In this document: piece after piece, positions 21,401 to 29,965 of the stretch | Layout: each line of letters opens with the position of its first letter | Numbering within the stretch: position 1 is the first letter of the stretch | From: Patescibacteria group bacterium | Lineage (GTDB): Bacteria > Patescibacteriota > Patescibacteriia > UM-FILTER-42-10 | Length of the DNA: 64,000 bases | Direction: 5' to 3' | Assembly (NCBI GenBank): GCA_041666845.1 | Contig: JBAYGC010000006.1 | Span: 6-64,005 of the forward strand | Notes under the pieces: generated by a model | The model's database searches: none | Told to the model about the DNA's origin: nothing | The model's input: only the letters and a program-made list of their open reading frames with translations | Made by a program: the position numbers and the translations under genes

Positions 21401-21962
21401 TTATCGGGAGCAGCTAGCAAAGCTGACCAGTCCGATCAACACACTTAGTAAAGGTCTGAAAAGAAATATTACTGTTGGCGGAATTATAACGTCAATCAAA
21501 AAAATAATTACGAAGACCAACGAGCAGATGCTTTTTGTCACTCTGGAAGATCTGACCGGAGCGGTGGAGATAATCGTTTTTCCTTCCACACTGAAGGAAA
21601 ATTCGGAAATCTGGGCGGAAGACAAGATGCTGTTGGTCACCGGCAAAGTGAATACCAAAGAAGGCATTCCGAAATTAATCTGCGAAAAAGTAAAAGAGTT
21701 TGCCGGACAATCAAATTCCGATAAGCCGGAAACAGCTGAAAAGAAAATTTCTATTGAAATCGCCAATTTGGAAAAAGAAACATTGGACAAGCTAAAAGTA
21801 ATTTTTGAAAAGAATCCGGGTGAATATAAAGTTTTTCTGGTTTGGAGAAATGGCGGCAGTCCGAAAATTATTTCCACTAAAACTGCGATCAGGATCAGCG
21901 ATGATGTAGTGAATGAAATTGAGACTATCGTCGGTAGCGGAGCGGTCAAAGTATCAGATTAG
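18492..21962 (+). CDS. dnaE: DNA polymerase III alpha subunit
   Basis: PHP HLHTHS, GRGSAAGS, MPDIDIDF, YGFNRSH, OB fold. Confidence 0.98.
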   Translation: MSFVHLHTHSHYSLLDGLPKIGDLVARAKKLNMNALALTDHGVLYGAIEFFQKATEAGIKPIIGVEAYVAKNGMHNKRSRVDDRPYHLILLAKNQTGYQNLLSLVTKAHLEGFYYKPRIDWELLQQHSKGLIAMTACLQGEIPSAIRNSDLKHAEELIKNYAELFGEGNFYLELQHHPSIEQQHRVNEALIDLGKKLKIPLVATNDVHYLEPADAYPQDVLLCIQMKRKQEETDRISYVGEDFSLKTPEQMARDFSHVPEALENTVKIAEKCNLDIEFGKIMLPHFETPKETNPDDFLRELCYEGIKKRFGIDIPSDPTKQNITDEKTRTIIDRLEYELKVIHKTGFASYFLIVQDFVNWAKNSKIVVGPGRGSAAGSIVSYVLNITNLDPLHYELMFERFLNPERISMPDIDIDFADSRRNEVITYVEEKYGKDHVAQIITFGTMAARAAIRDVGRVQGLPYNFCDQVAKMIPMFMTLDDALKAVPELKSLYTTDTEAKKLIDTAKKLEGVARHTSTHACGIVIAPNPLEQHVPTQYASQDDKTIITQYSLNPIEDLGLLKMDFLGLKNLTILENALDIIFKTTGEEVDIDKIPLDDKNAFKLFQKGDTIGVFQLESSGMTRYLKELKPTDLEDIIAMVSLYRPGPMELIPDYIAGKRGKKKISYLHPKLEPILKKTYGIAVYQEQILQIARDLCGFTLGEADILRKAIGKKIRSLLMEQREKFVQGAINNGIQKRIAEKLFDFVEPFAEYGFNRSHAACYALIAYQTAYLKANWPAQFLAALLTADYGNTDRIAVEVAETKKHGIEVVPPDVNESFSTFTVVKESLGTDQPRIRFGLMAIKNIGTNIVRTIIDERKKDGKYKNLEDFLRRVQTKDLNKKSLESLIKCGAMDDFGNRQTLLDNLESILIYAKNSQKERLNGQTNLFGMLPAEHSPKLRLTESEPVDKKTRLGWEKQLLGMYISEHPLDDYREQLAKLTSPINTLSKGLKRNITVGGIITSIKKIITKTNEQMLFVTLEDLTGAVEIIVFPSTLKENSEIWAEDKMLLVTGKVNTKEGIPKLICEKVKEFAGQSNSDKPETAEKKISIEIANLEKETLDKLKVIFEKNPGEYKVFLVWRNGGSPKIISTKTAIRISDDVVNEIETIVGSGAVKVSD

Positions 21963-22032
21963 CACTACTCTTCCGATAAACTCATAATTTTGGTATGATA
22001 AGGATGGAAAATAACCATTCTTTTTAAGTTTA

Positions 22033-23190
22033 ATGCCGACAATCAAAAAAGCAAAAATAGGAAAACGATATTCGAAAATGGCAGTAATCTTTCTCGGCGT
22101 GGCTTTGGTTGCGGTCGTCGCCATTGTCTATGTATCGCTGGCCAAAACAGTAATTACAATCACCCCAAGCCCGGAAGCGGTCAGCATTTCTTTTGATTTA
22201 CCCATAACTACGGGAACAAATGAAACTGAAAATCCGTCATATTCCTTGACAGGACGGCTGGTGGAGAAGCAGACCAAGGAAACCAAAACATTTACCAATG
22301 TAACCAGCCAGAGTAAAGTTCAGGGCAAAGCGGAAGGAGCGGTTACAATTTATAATAATTATGGAAGCAATCAACCGTTAGTCGCGTCCACGCGTCTGCT
22401 TTCGGAAGACGATGTTCTGTTCCGAACCAAAGAAACAGTTACGGTTCCGGCGGGAGGACAAGTTGAAGTTGCTGTGGAAGCGGATCAGGCAGGTGAGGCG
22501 GGCAATATCGGACCTTCCCGTTTTACGATTGTCGCACTATGGAAAGGACTGCAGGATAAAATTTATGCTGAAAGCACAGAAGCAATGTCCAATGGACTGC
22601 GTGACGTAACTGTCGCTACACTGGAAAATATCAATGATGCTAAGGAACAATTTGCTGTTGAATTGAAAGAAAAAGCAACGGAAGAACTGTCTCGAGAAGT
22701 GGCAAAAGAAAATTCAACAGAAAGAATCCTGCCTCAGGCAGTCGCCTATCAGATACTGGAGGAAGACGCGGATATTGAACCGGATACCGAAGTTAATTCC
22801 TTTGAGGTAACCAGTAAAATAAATGTCATCGCCGCTGTTTTTGATGAGACCGAACTATTCAACCACGCCAAACAACTGCTCGCAGAAAGAGTACCGGCGA
22901 ACAAGGAGCTAATTGGAACAGAAATCAGTTTACTGCAGTACAAACTAAAATCCTACGATCTGGAAAATCAGACAGCTGTTTTGAGTGTTACCTTGGACGG
23001 AACTACTTATGTAAAGCTGGCCAGCCCGATTTTTGACCGTGACAATCTTCTCAACCGTGATAAGCAGGAAATTAAAACATATTTTCTAGACTTTCCGGAA
23101 ATTCAGAATGTCGATGTGAAATTTTCCCCGTTTTGGGTATTCCGCTCCCCTTCTTTGAAAGATCATATTGAAATAGTGATTCAGAAATGA
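22033..23190 (+). CDS. single-TM protein with baseplate J/gp47-like region
   Basis: N-terminal TM; G.VTIYN...QPLVA.TR, V.AD.AG..GNI pattern. Confidence 0.65.
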   Translation: MPTIKKAKIGKRYSKMAVIFLGVALVAVVAIVYVSLAKTVITITPSPEAVSISFDLPITTGTNETENPSYSLTGRLVEKQTKETKTFTNVTSQSKVQGKAEGAVTIYNNYGSNQPLVASTRLLSEDDVLFRTKETVTVPAGGQVEVAVEADQAGEAGNIGPSRFTIVALWKGLQDKIYAESTEAMSNGLRDVTVATLENINDAKEQFAVELKEKATEELSREVAKENSTERILPQAVAYQILEEDADIEPDTEVNSFEVTSKINVIAAVFDETELFNHAKQLLAERVPANKELIGTEISLLQYKLKSYDLENQTAVLSVTLDGTTYVKLASPIFDRDNLLNRDKQEIKTYFLDFPEIQNVDVKFSPFWVFRSPSLKDHIEIVIQK

Positions 23191-24242
23191 TGTTCAATAT
23201 CGAAAATAAAAATAATCAAGCGGAGTCTTTCGAAGATAATTTGAACGACAGTGTTCCAGATAAGAAAATACTCAAACAGGAACCACAGACAGAAAATAAC
23301 CCCACAATGATTATGGGGTTATTGAAAAACATCCGGGATAAATTCCGTAGAGCGTTTGTATTTGCACCAGCATCGAATAATGAGTTAAAAAATAGAATGG
23401 ACGAAGAACTAACTGCCGTAGAGTATGCGGCAACAAAAGAAGGAGTAGATTTTTCGCGTTGTCAGATGGAGAAAGTTGTTGAAGCCTATCAGAAAGGACG
23501 GAAAGTTGAATTTGAATCATTCAGTCCTTACCTTTCCGATTATGATTTATCGACCGGCAAAATCTGGGATGATAAACTGACCGCAACAGATAATGCGGGA
23601 ATAGTCATCGGCAAAGTACTCAGAGCAGAATTTCCAAAAGCAAGATTAATATCCCTCTATGACGAGTACAATACTGAGCTACCTGACACCTCCAACCCAA
23701 GGGGAATACCTGAACCAGGAGCACAAATAACCCTCCCAGATGAAACAAAGCGTACGTTTTATGAAAATATTAAGCAGTTGTTAAAGAATAATGGTTTGAT
23801 TAGTCCTGATGCAAAAGAAGGTGGGGAGTATCTGTTAATTTCAGAAAGTTTAAAAGTAAAAGATGCGGAAATCCTTATTAATAAATTGGAACTGAATGGA
23901 AATATTGAACGCGATGGCGAATCTATATATTTTATTAATCCGGAATCAGAAAACCCCGCATATAGGCGAATTCAGCTTAGAACCAAAGCCGGACGTTGGT
24001 TGTGTGAAGCTTTAGATGCATCATCTTATATTAAACCTGAAAATTTAGAAATAACTCATCTGGTAGTACTGCCTAACCATTTCAAGGAACAACAGGATAA
24101 AGTTTGGGAAATACTGCGTGTACTTGGAATCATGCCAACAAATTATCACAATATATTCTTTGATGAGAATAATGATCCGGAAATCATGGCAAAAGTAATT
24201 CAAGCAGAAATCAATTCATTCAGAATCAAACAAGGCAGATAA
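23187..24242 (+). CDS. hypothetical protein resembling a stand-alone ArgRS catalytic core lacking HIGH
   Basis: Motif order KVEFESFSP / IG..L / YDEY / ES...L...G.I..DG..YF / QLRTKAG..A.D / VV.....Q..V..IL..LG, aligned by eye. Confidence 0.55.
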   Translation: MMFNIENKNNQAESFEDNLNDSVPDKKILKQEPQTENNPTMIMGLLKNIRDKFRRAFVFAPASNNELKNRMDEELTAVEYAATKEGVDFSRCQMEKVVEAYQKGRKVEFESFSPYLSDYDLSTGKIWDDKLTATDNAGIVIGKVLRAEFPKARLISLYDEYNTELPDTSNPRGIPEPGAQITLPDETKRTFYENIKQLLKNNGLISPDAKEGGEYLLISESLKVKDAEILINKLELNGNIERDGESIYFINPESENPAYRRIQLRTKAGRWLCEALDASSYIKPENLEITHLVVLPNHFKEQQDKVWEILRVLGIMPTNYHNIFFDENNDPEIMAKVIQAEINSFRIKQGR

Positions 24243-24243
24243 T

Positions 24244-24272
24244 TTGACAAAAGGCCTGTTTTGGCCTATCTT
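24244..24272 (+). promoter_or_regulatory. sigma70 promoter of T-box leader
   Basis: TTGACA, 17 bp, TATCTT. Confidence 0.75.
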
Positions 24273-24278
24273 TAAACT

Positions 24279-24464
24279 ACTTTTAAACGATTGAGAAAGC
24301 TACCAACTTTCTTCCCTAAACGATAATGGGACGGGCAACCGCTAAGTTTATCAGTCAATTCAAACAAAAGCGCCTAATCCTGGCTTTGTCTATAGACTTA
24401 GGAAATTGGGTGGAACCGTCCCCTATCATTGGGACCCCAAACACTGTTAGTTGTTTGGTTTTTT
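24279..24464 (+). ncRNA. T-box riboswitch leader (probably Thr)
   Basis: Antiterminator TTGGG-TGGAACC-GTCCC-loop-GGGAC-CCCAA (24406-24440); overlapping terminator CCAAACA/TGTTTGG+T6 (24437-24464); thrS downstream. Confidence 0.85.
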
Positions 24465-24478
24465 AATTTAATAATATT

Positions 24479-24967
24479 ATGCAAGAATCACAACACTATT
24501 GCGTGACGGATATATTTCTGGAGAATGAGGATGGCGAAATCCTGATGATCAAACGCAGCAAGAATAAAGAAATCCTGCCGAATGTTTATAATGGTCTGGG
24601 CGGAAAGATTCACACTGGTGAAACACCGCTCGAATCGGTCTTACGTGAAGCAAATGAAGAAGGTGGAATTGTAAACGCATCGGGCGTTAAATTGCGCGCG
24701 AACCTTACAGTTAAAGATAAATTCGGCTTCTGGCAAATTTATATATTTTACGGACATATCGCCAAAGACAGTGTAGTAATCAGAGAAATCGATGAGGGCA
24801 CGCTCGAGTGGGTTCCTAAAGACGAGTTGACGAAATATTACCTGGTACCGGATCTTATGCATTGGTTTCCCAAAATGATTACGGAACCGGATACATTCCA
24901 GTTTGTTAACGTAGAATACGACGATCAATATAAAATAATTAATATAAAAATTGAATCACTAAACTAA
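24479..24967 (+). CDS. NUDIX hydrolase (MutT-like)
   Basis: Nudix box GGKIHTGETPLESVLREANEEGG; EGTLEW. Confidence 0.92.
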   Translation: MQESQHYCVTDIFLENEDGEILMIKRSKNKEILPNVYNGLGGKIHTGETPLESVLREANEEGGIVNASGVKLRANLTVKDKFGFWQIYIFYGHIAKDSVVIREIDEGTLEWVPKDELTKYYLVPDLMHWFPKMITEPDTFQFVNVEYDDQYKIINIKIESLN

Positions 24968-24971
24968 ATAC

Positions 24972-26771
24972 ATGAAAAAAGAAATTCCAATCGAACTAAA
25001 GAGACATTCCCTGGCCCACGTCATGGCCGCAGCGGTCGCCAACTTGTATCCGGGCGCCAAATTCGGTGTCGGGCCGATTATCGACAACGGGTTTTATTAT
25101 GATATCGACTTGCCCGCCCAACTGGTGCCGGATGATCTGAAAAAAATAGAAAAAGAAATGATCCGGCTAATCAACCAGAAACAGGCTTTTATCCTGGAAG
25201 AGTTACCAATCAAAAAAGCAATCGAGTTTTTTAAAGGAATGAATCAGGATTACAAAATTGAACTGCTAAATGACCTGCAAGAAAAAGGTACCACCCGAAT
25301 CTCGGATGAAGAAGCGCAGGATCTCGATCCGAAAAAGAAAGACAAAGTAACGATTTACAAAACCGGCGATTTCACCGACCTCTGCCGGGGTCCGCATGTG
25401 GATACCACGGAGCAACTGCAAAACTGCGCATTCTCGCTGGACCGCATCGCCGGCGCTTATTGGCGTGGGGACGAGAAAAATAAACAGCTGACCAGAATCT
25501 ACGGCTTGGCTTTTAACAGTAAGAAAGAACTATCGGAGTACAAACATAACCTGGAACTAGCCAAAGAAAGAGATCACCGCAAAATCGGTAAAGAACTAGG
25601 ACTGTTTCATATCTCACCGGAGGTCGGTGCAGGACTGCCGCTCTGGACACCAAAAGGCACGACCATCCGCAGAGAACTGGAAAAATTTTTGACGGAACTG
25701 CAGGAAAAGGACGGATATGACCAGGTGATTACCCCGCATATCGGCAAGATTGATTTGTATAAGACTTCAGGGCATTGGCAGAACTACCGAGAAAATATTT
25801 ACGCTCCGATGAATATCGACGGCGAAGAATTTGTTTTGAAACCGATGAACTGCCCCCACCATATTCACATCTTTTCGTCTCAAATGCGCAGCTATCGTGA
25901 TTTGCCAATTCGCCTTTCGGAGTTCGGTACTGTTTACCGCTATGAACAATCCGGTGAGCTGACCGGATTGGTCCGGGCACGCGGATTTACGATTGATGAC
26001 GCTCATATTTTTTGCCGAACCGACCAGATTAAAGAAGAATTCTCCAACGTAATCGAGCTGATTAAAACTGTCTTTTCCACCCTGAAGTTTAAAGATTTCG
26101 AAGCGCGCATCGGCCTTCGAGATCCGAAATCCAGCAAATATGTGGGATCGGATGAGCTGTGGGAAAGAGCGGAAAAGGAAATCGAAGAAGTTGTTAAATC
26201 GAAGAAAGTTAAATACATCAAACAGGAAGGTGAAGCCGCTTTCTACGGGCCGAAGCTTGATTTCGTGGTCAGAGATGTGATTAACAGAGAGTGGCAACTG
26301 GGTACGATCCAGGTGGATTATAACCTGCCTGAGCGGTTTAAACTGGCATACAAAGGTGCAGATGACAAGGACCACCGGCCGGTGATGATTCACCGTGCAC
26401 CGTTCGGTTCCATGGAGCGCTTTGTCGGAATCATGATTGAACATTTCGGTGGCGCTTTCCCGACTTGGTTATCACCTACCCAGGTTTATGTAATTCCGGT
26501 CGGTAAAGACCATTTCAAATTTTCTGAGGAACTGGGTAAATCGCTGAAAGCACAAGGGATCCGTACGGAAGTTGATTTGAACCGGGAAACAGTCGGTTAT
26601 AAAATCCGTAAAGCGGAAAAACTGAAGGTTTCCTACATGCTGGTGATCGGCGACAAGGAAGTGAAGGACAAAGAACTGACTGTCCGCGCCAGAGGTTCCA
26701 AAGATGTAAAGAATATGTCACAAGCGGAATTTGTGGAGAAAATCCAAAAAGAAATTAAAGAAAGGAAATAA
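24972..26771 (+). CDS. thrS: threonyl-tRNA synthetase
   Basis: RHSLAH, DLCRGPH, KPMNCP, RYEQSG, FYGPK, IHRAPFGSMERF. Confidence 0.98.
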   Translation: MKKEIPIELKRHSLAHVMAAAVANLYPGAKFGVGPIIDNGFYYDIDLPAQLVPDDLKKIEKEMIRLINQKQAFILEELPIKKAIEFFKGMNQDYKIELLNDLQEKGTTRISDEEAQDLDPKKKDKVTIYKTGDFTDLCRGPHVDTTEQLQNCAFSLDRIAGAYWRGDEKNKQLTRIYGLAFNSKKELSEYKHNLELAKERDHRKIGKELGLFHISPEVGAGLPLWTPKGTTIRRELEKFLTELQEKDGYDQVITPHIGKIDLYKTSGHWQNYRENIYAPMNIDGEEFVLKPMNCPHHIHIFSSQMRSYRDLPIRLSEFGTVYRYEQSGELTGLVRARGFTIDDAHIFCRTDQIKEEFSNVIELIKTVFSTLKFKDFEARIGLRDPKSSKYVGSDELWERAEKEIEEVVKSKKVKYIKQEGEAAFYGPKLDFVVRDVINREWQLGTIQVDYNLPERFKLAYKGADDKDHRPVMIHRAPFGSMERFVGIMIEHFGGAFPTWLSPTQVYVIPVGKDHFKFSEELGKSLKAQGIRTEVDLNRETVGYKIRKAEKLKVSYMLVIGDKEVKDKELTVRARGSKDVKNMSQAEFVEKIQKEIKERK

Positions 26772-26774
26772 CCC

Positions 26775-27836
26775 ATGACTGTAGAATTTCCTCCAACCAC
26801 AACCCCACCCTCTGATAATGAGGAGGGTGAAAATGAAATCGTCGAGACTGAATCAAGATGGAAAAATCCGGTTGATCTGCAGTTAGAATTGCCGGCACTA
26901 TTTGATTTGGAAAACATATCAAGAATAATCGGTAAGCCGATCGATCGCATCGAAGTTGTAAATTCAGCTAGAAAGAATGACGGGACTTTGGAAAAATTCT
27001 TGGTTAAATACTATGCGGAAGGCAGAGTGTATTATGCAACATCAAACACAAACTACCAGATGAAACCGGCCTATGAAAATCACAAAGCACTCCATGCTCA
27101 AATGCCAAATCAGACCGTACCACAACCGGTAGGATTCATTGATGAAATAAATGCGGTTATTTATGAAGAACTGGTAGGAGATAATTTTGTTGAGCATATG
27201 CGAAGTACTTCAGATGAAAATAAGTTAGAACTATTTCGAAAAGCCGGCGAGGTATTAAATCAATTGCACCAAGTAGATCCTGATTCTGTAGATTCTGGCG
27301 CAAACACATCCAACGCCAGTCTGGAAAATATAATGTCATCAATCAACTCAGATACATTCACTGAAATTGAAGTACGAGATCCGGAATTCACTGCTCGACT
27401 CAGGGAATTATATGAGAAGCTTGTTGCGTATGAAACAAAATTATTAGCTGATTCTAAATTAGTAGTTGCACATGGTGATTTTCATCCTAAAAATCTTTTA
27501 GTTACCGATGGCGAAAGTATCGGTATTGTTGATTTTACCGATGTGTCGGTTACTGCACGCGCGCGTGATATCGGCGGGTTTTTGGAACAAACGTATGCAA
27601 TAATCAGAGACCAGGAAGGCTTAGAAACTGACGAACAAATGAGTCAATATCGAGAAGCCTTCATTACTGGTTATGGTGATGGCATAAAACAAGATGACGG
27701 TGATGTTAAATTCTATCAAGCTTGGCAAGCATGGCGAAATTCAATGTATTATGCAGGCAAAGTAGTACCTGATTTCATTAGAGCGGAAAATTATCTACAG
27801 AGAGCAAATAGCCATTTTGCTGACATTAGCCAATAA
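26775..27836 (+). CDS. aminoglycoside/choline phosphotransferase-family kinase
   Basis: L..LH, HGDFHPKN, VDF, RDIG. Confidence 0.85.
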   Translation: MTVEFPPTTTPPSDNEEGENEIVETESRWKNPVDLQLELPALFDLENISRIIGKPIDRIEVVNSARKNDGTLEKFLVKYYAEGRVYYATSNTNYQMKPAYENHKALHAQMPNQTVPQPVGFIDEINAVIYEELVGDNFVEHMRSTSDENKLELFRKAGEVLNQLHQVDPDSVDSGANTSNASLENIMSSINSDTFTEIEVRDPEFTARLRELYEKLVAYETKLLADSKLVVAHGDFHPKNLLVTDGESIGIVDFTDVSVTARARDIGGFLEQTYAIIRDQEGLETDEQMSQYREAFITGYGDGIKQDDGDVKFYQAWQAWRNSMYYAGKVVPDFIRAENYLQRANSHFADISQ

Positions 27837-27839
27837 ATA

Positions 27840-29126
27840 ATGCCGAAGTATTACAACCACATTCTGGGGTGCCAGATGAACAAGCTGGACGCGGAGAAAA
27901 TGGACGCCCTGCTCGAACAAATGGGGTTTACCGAAACTAAAAAAGAATCAGAAGCAGATCTGATCAATGTTCTGGCGTGTTCCGTCCGGCAGTCCGCGAT
28001 TAACCGGATTGACGGTAAATTAAAGACCTGGAACAAACTGCGGAAGGATAAACCGCTCACTACCCTCCTGACCGGCTGTGTCCTACTGAAGGATAAAAAA
28101 GGAATCGGCAAACAGTTTGATATTCTTTTGGATATGTCACAAATGCACACGCTCCCGCAGGTTCTGAAAAAGCGTATGCAGGATATTGAAGACATCTTTC
28201 CGGACAGCGACTATTTCAAACTGCCGACCAAACACAAATCCCCGTTTCAGGCGTTTGTAACAATCCAGAACGGGTGTAATAAATTCTGCCGTTACTGCGC
28301 AGTCCCCTACACCAGAGGTCGCGAGATATCCCGTTCTTCAGATCAGATTATTTCAGAAGTGCGTGATTTGGTAAACAAAGGATATAAAGAAATCACCCTG
28401 CTTGGCCAGACCGTCAATTCCTACATCAATCCGGAAAAAGGAACAGTTAAATCGTTCGCTGATCTGTTAAAAGCAATCGGGAAGATTAAGGGCGACTTCT
28501 GGATCCGCTTCATCTCACCTTACCCCACCGACTTTTCCGATGAATTAATTGACGTTATTGCCAGCGACAAAAAAATCTGTCCGCACATGCACATCCCCGT
28601 TCAGGCCGGCAGTAACGACATGCTGAAAAAAATGCTTCGTAAATACACAAGGGAAGAATATCTGGCACTGATTGAAAAAATCCGCGCCAAAATGCCGGAT
28701 ATTGCTATCACCACGGACATCATTGTCGGTTTCTGCGATGAGACAGAAGAAAACTTCCAAGACACACTGGATCTTTATGAAAAAGTAAAATTTGACATGG
28801 CCTATCTGGCGCAGTATTCCAAACGGCCCGGCACGCAGGCGACCAAACTTTTTAAGGATAATATTCCCCAAAGAGTAAAGAAGCAACGGGAAGTTGCGCT
28901 CAATGAAGTGGTAAAAAAATATGCGCTTTTGAACAATGAAAAATTACTAGATAAAACCGTAACCGTTTTGCCGGAGAGTATCAGAAAAGGAATGCTGTAT
29001 GGAAAAACAGACACCAATAAATCGATCCAGATAAAAAACGGGACAAAAGATCAGATCGGAAAGTTTATCCAAGTCAAAGTAACAAAAGTTAATCCCTGGA
29101 GTCTGGAAGGAACTTTAAAAAAATAA
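27840..29126 (+). CDS. miaB: tRNA methylthiotransferase MiaB
   Basis: GCQMN, CSVR, CNKFCRYC radical SAM motif, TDIIVGF, TRAM domain. Confidence 0.95.
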   Translation: MPKYYNHILGCQMNKLDAEKMDALLEQMGFTETKKESEADLINVLACSVRQSAINRIDGKLKTWNKLRKDKPLTTLLTGCVLLKDKKGIGKQFDILLDMSQMHTLPQVLKKRMQDIEDIFPDSDYFKLPTKHKSPFQAFVTIQNGCNKFCRYCAVPYTRGREISRSSDQIISEVRDLVNKGYKEITLLGQTVNSYINPEKGTVKSFADLLKAIGKIKGDFWIRFISPYPTDFSDELIDVIASDKKICPHMHIPVQAGSNDMLKKMLRKYTREEYLALIEKIRAKMPDIAITTDIIVGFCDETEENFQDTLDLYEKVKFDMAYLAQYSKRPGTQATKLFKDNIPQRVKKQREVALNEVVKKYALLNNEKLLDKTVTVLPESIRKGMLYGKTDTNKSIQIKNGTKDQIGKFIQVKVTKVNPWSLEGTLKK

Positions 29127-29151
29127 GCCTTGTCAAAACGGAGACAAAGCT
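29117..29151 (-). terminator. terminator of GC-rich gene, overlapping miaB end
   Basis: Minus AGCTTTGTC-loop-GACAAGGCT-TATTTTTTT. Confidence 0.6.
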
Positions 29152-29158
29152 CAAGGAT

Positions 29159-29671
29159 CTAGAACAGAACGAACAGGCGGTACGAAGCGATAGCTGAGGT
29201 CAGAACACCGACCATGTTCCCTGTGAAAATGAGCAGGAACGCGCGCGGCAGTTTTAAGAGGCGCGCAGTGATGATGGAAACCGTGACCGCATACGGCAGG
29301 AGCGGGATTGCGACCAGGAAGAAGATCACGGCGCTGGGGTACCGGCTGTTCACGATATAGCTCGTCAGCATATCGCGAAAACGTTGCAGACCGGCGTTGA
29401 TTGCGAAAAGCCTGCGCTCCATCTGTTGTGAACGGCCATTGGCACCGTTCTGCCGTAGGACACGCTTCGTGAGCACAATCGTTTGCTCGCCCAACCAGAG
29501 GAGCATCTCGGGACAGTAGAACAGCAGAGTCATCCCGATGCTCGAGCCGATGAGCAGTGCGAAGAACCCCTTCCAGAAGCCGTAACCGGCCAGAAACACG
29601 GCGAAGGCCGTTACCTCTTCCTGCCAGATGGCTGACCAGACAAAGAAGAGCTCGTCCAGCAAGAAAACCAC
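29159..29671 (-). CDS. GC-rich orphan membrane protein (170 aa)
   Basis: SD AGGAGGT 6 nt before GTG; several TM segments; own promoter. Confidence 0.75.
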   Translation of the reverse strand: MVFLLDELFFVWSAIWQEEVTAFAVFLAGYGFWKGFFALLIGSSIGMTLLFYCPEMLLWLGEQTIVLTKRVLRQNGANGRSQQMERRLFAINAGLQRFRDMLTSYIVNSRYPSAVIFFLVAIPLLPYAVTVSIITARLLKLPRAFLLIFTGNMVGVLTSAIASYRLFVLF

Positions 29672-29720
29672 GTAATGACCTCCTGTCAGAGTGAATCCAA
29701 AGGCACGGTCGAAGTATCAT

Positions 29721-29749
29721 AATTTATCATAACCTATCCTGCAGGTCAA
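29721..29749 (-). promoter_or_regulatory. promoter of GC-rich gene
   Basis: TTGACC, 17 bp ending TGA, TAAATT. Confidence 0.6.
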
Positions 29750-29762
29750 TATATAAAACAGC

Positions 29763-29906
29763 AACCATTGCGATCACATTTTTGTGTGTCATTTCGAGCG
29801 TAGTTGCGCAAAGCGCGACGGAGCCGAGAAATCTATAGACTTCCCCGCCTCGACTCGCTTCTACTCGTCGACGCGAGGCGGGTCCACTACGGTCGAAGTG
29901 ACAATT
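29763..29906. repeat. composite nested palindromic element, copy 1
   Basis: Near-identical inverted copy at 37281-37419; core matches 53360-53413 plus two inserted hairpins. Confidence 0.9.
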
Positions 29907-29965
29907 GATGGCACTTGGGGGGGGCATCCCGCTCCCGTTTAAATAATCGTATCGATAACAAACAA

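Noticed and set aside
18492-21962. Intein or intron in dnaE (also checked gyrB, thyA)
   Set aside because: Lengths normal and no splicing or homing-endonuclease motifs seen.
22033-23190. Baseplate-J-like gene as prophage evidence
   Set aside because: Has an N-terminal TM, host-like composition and no neighbouring phage genes.
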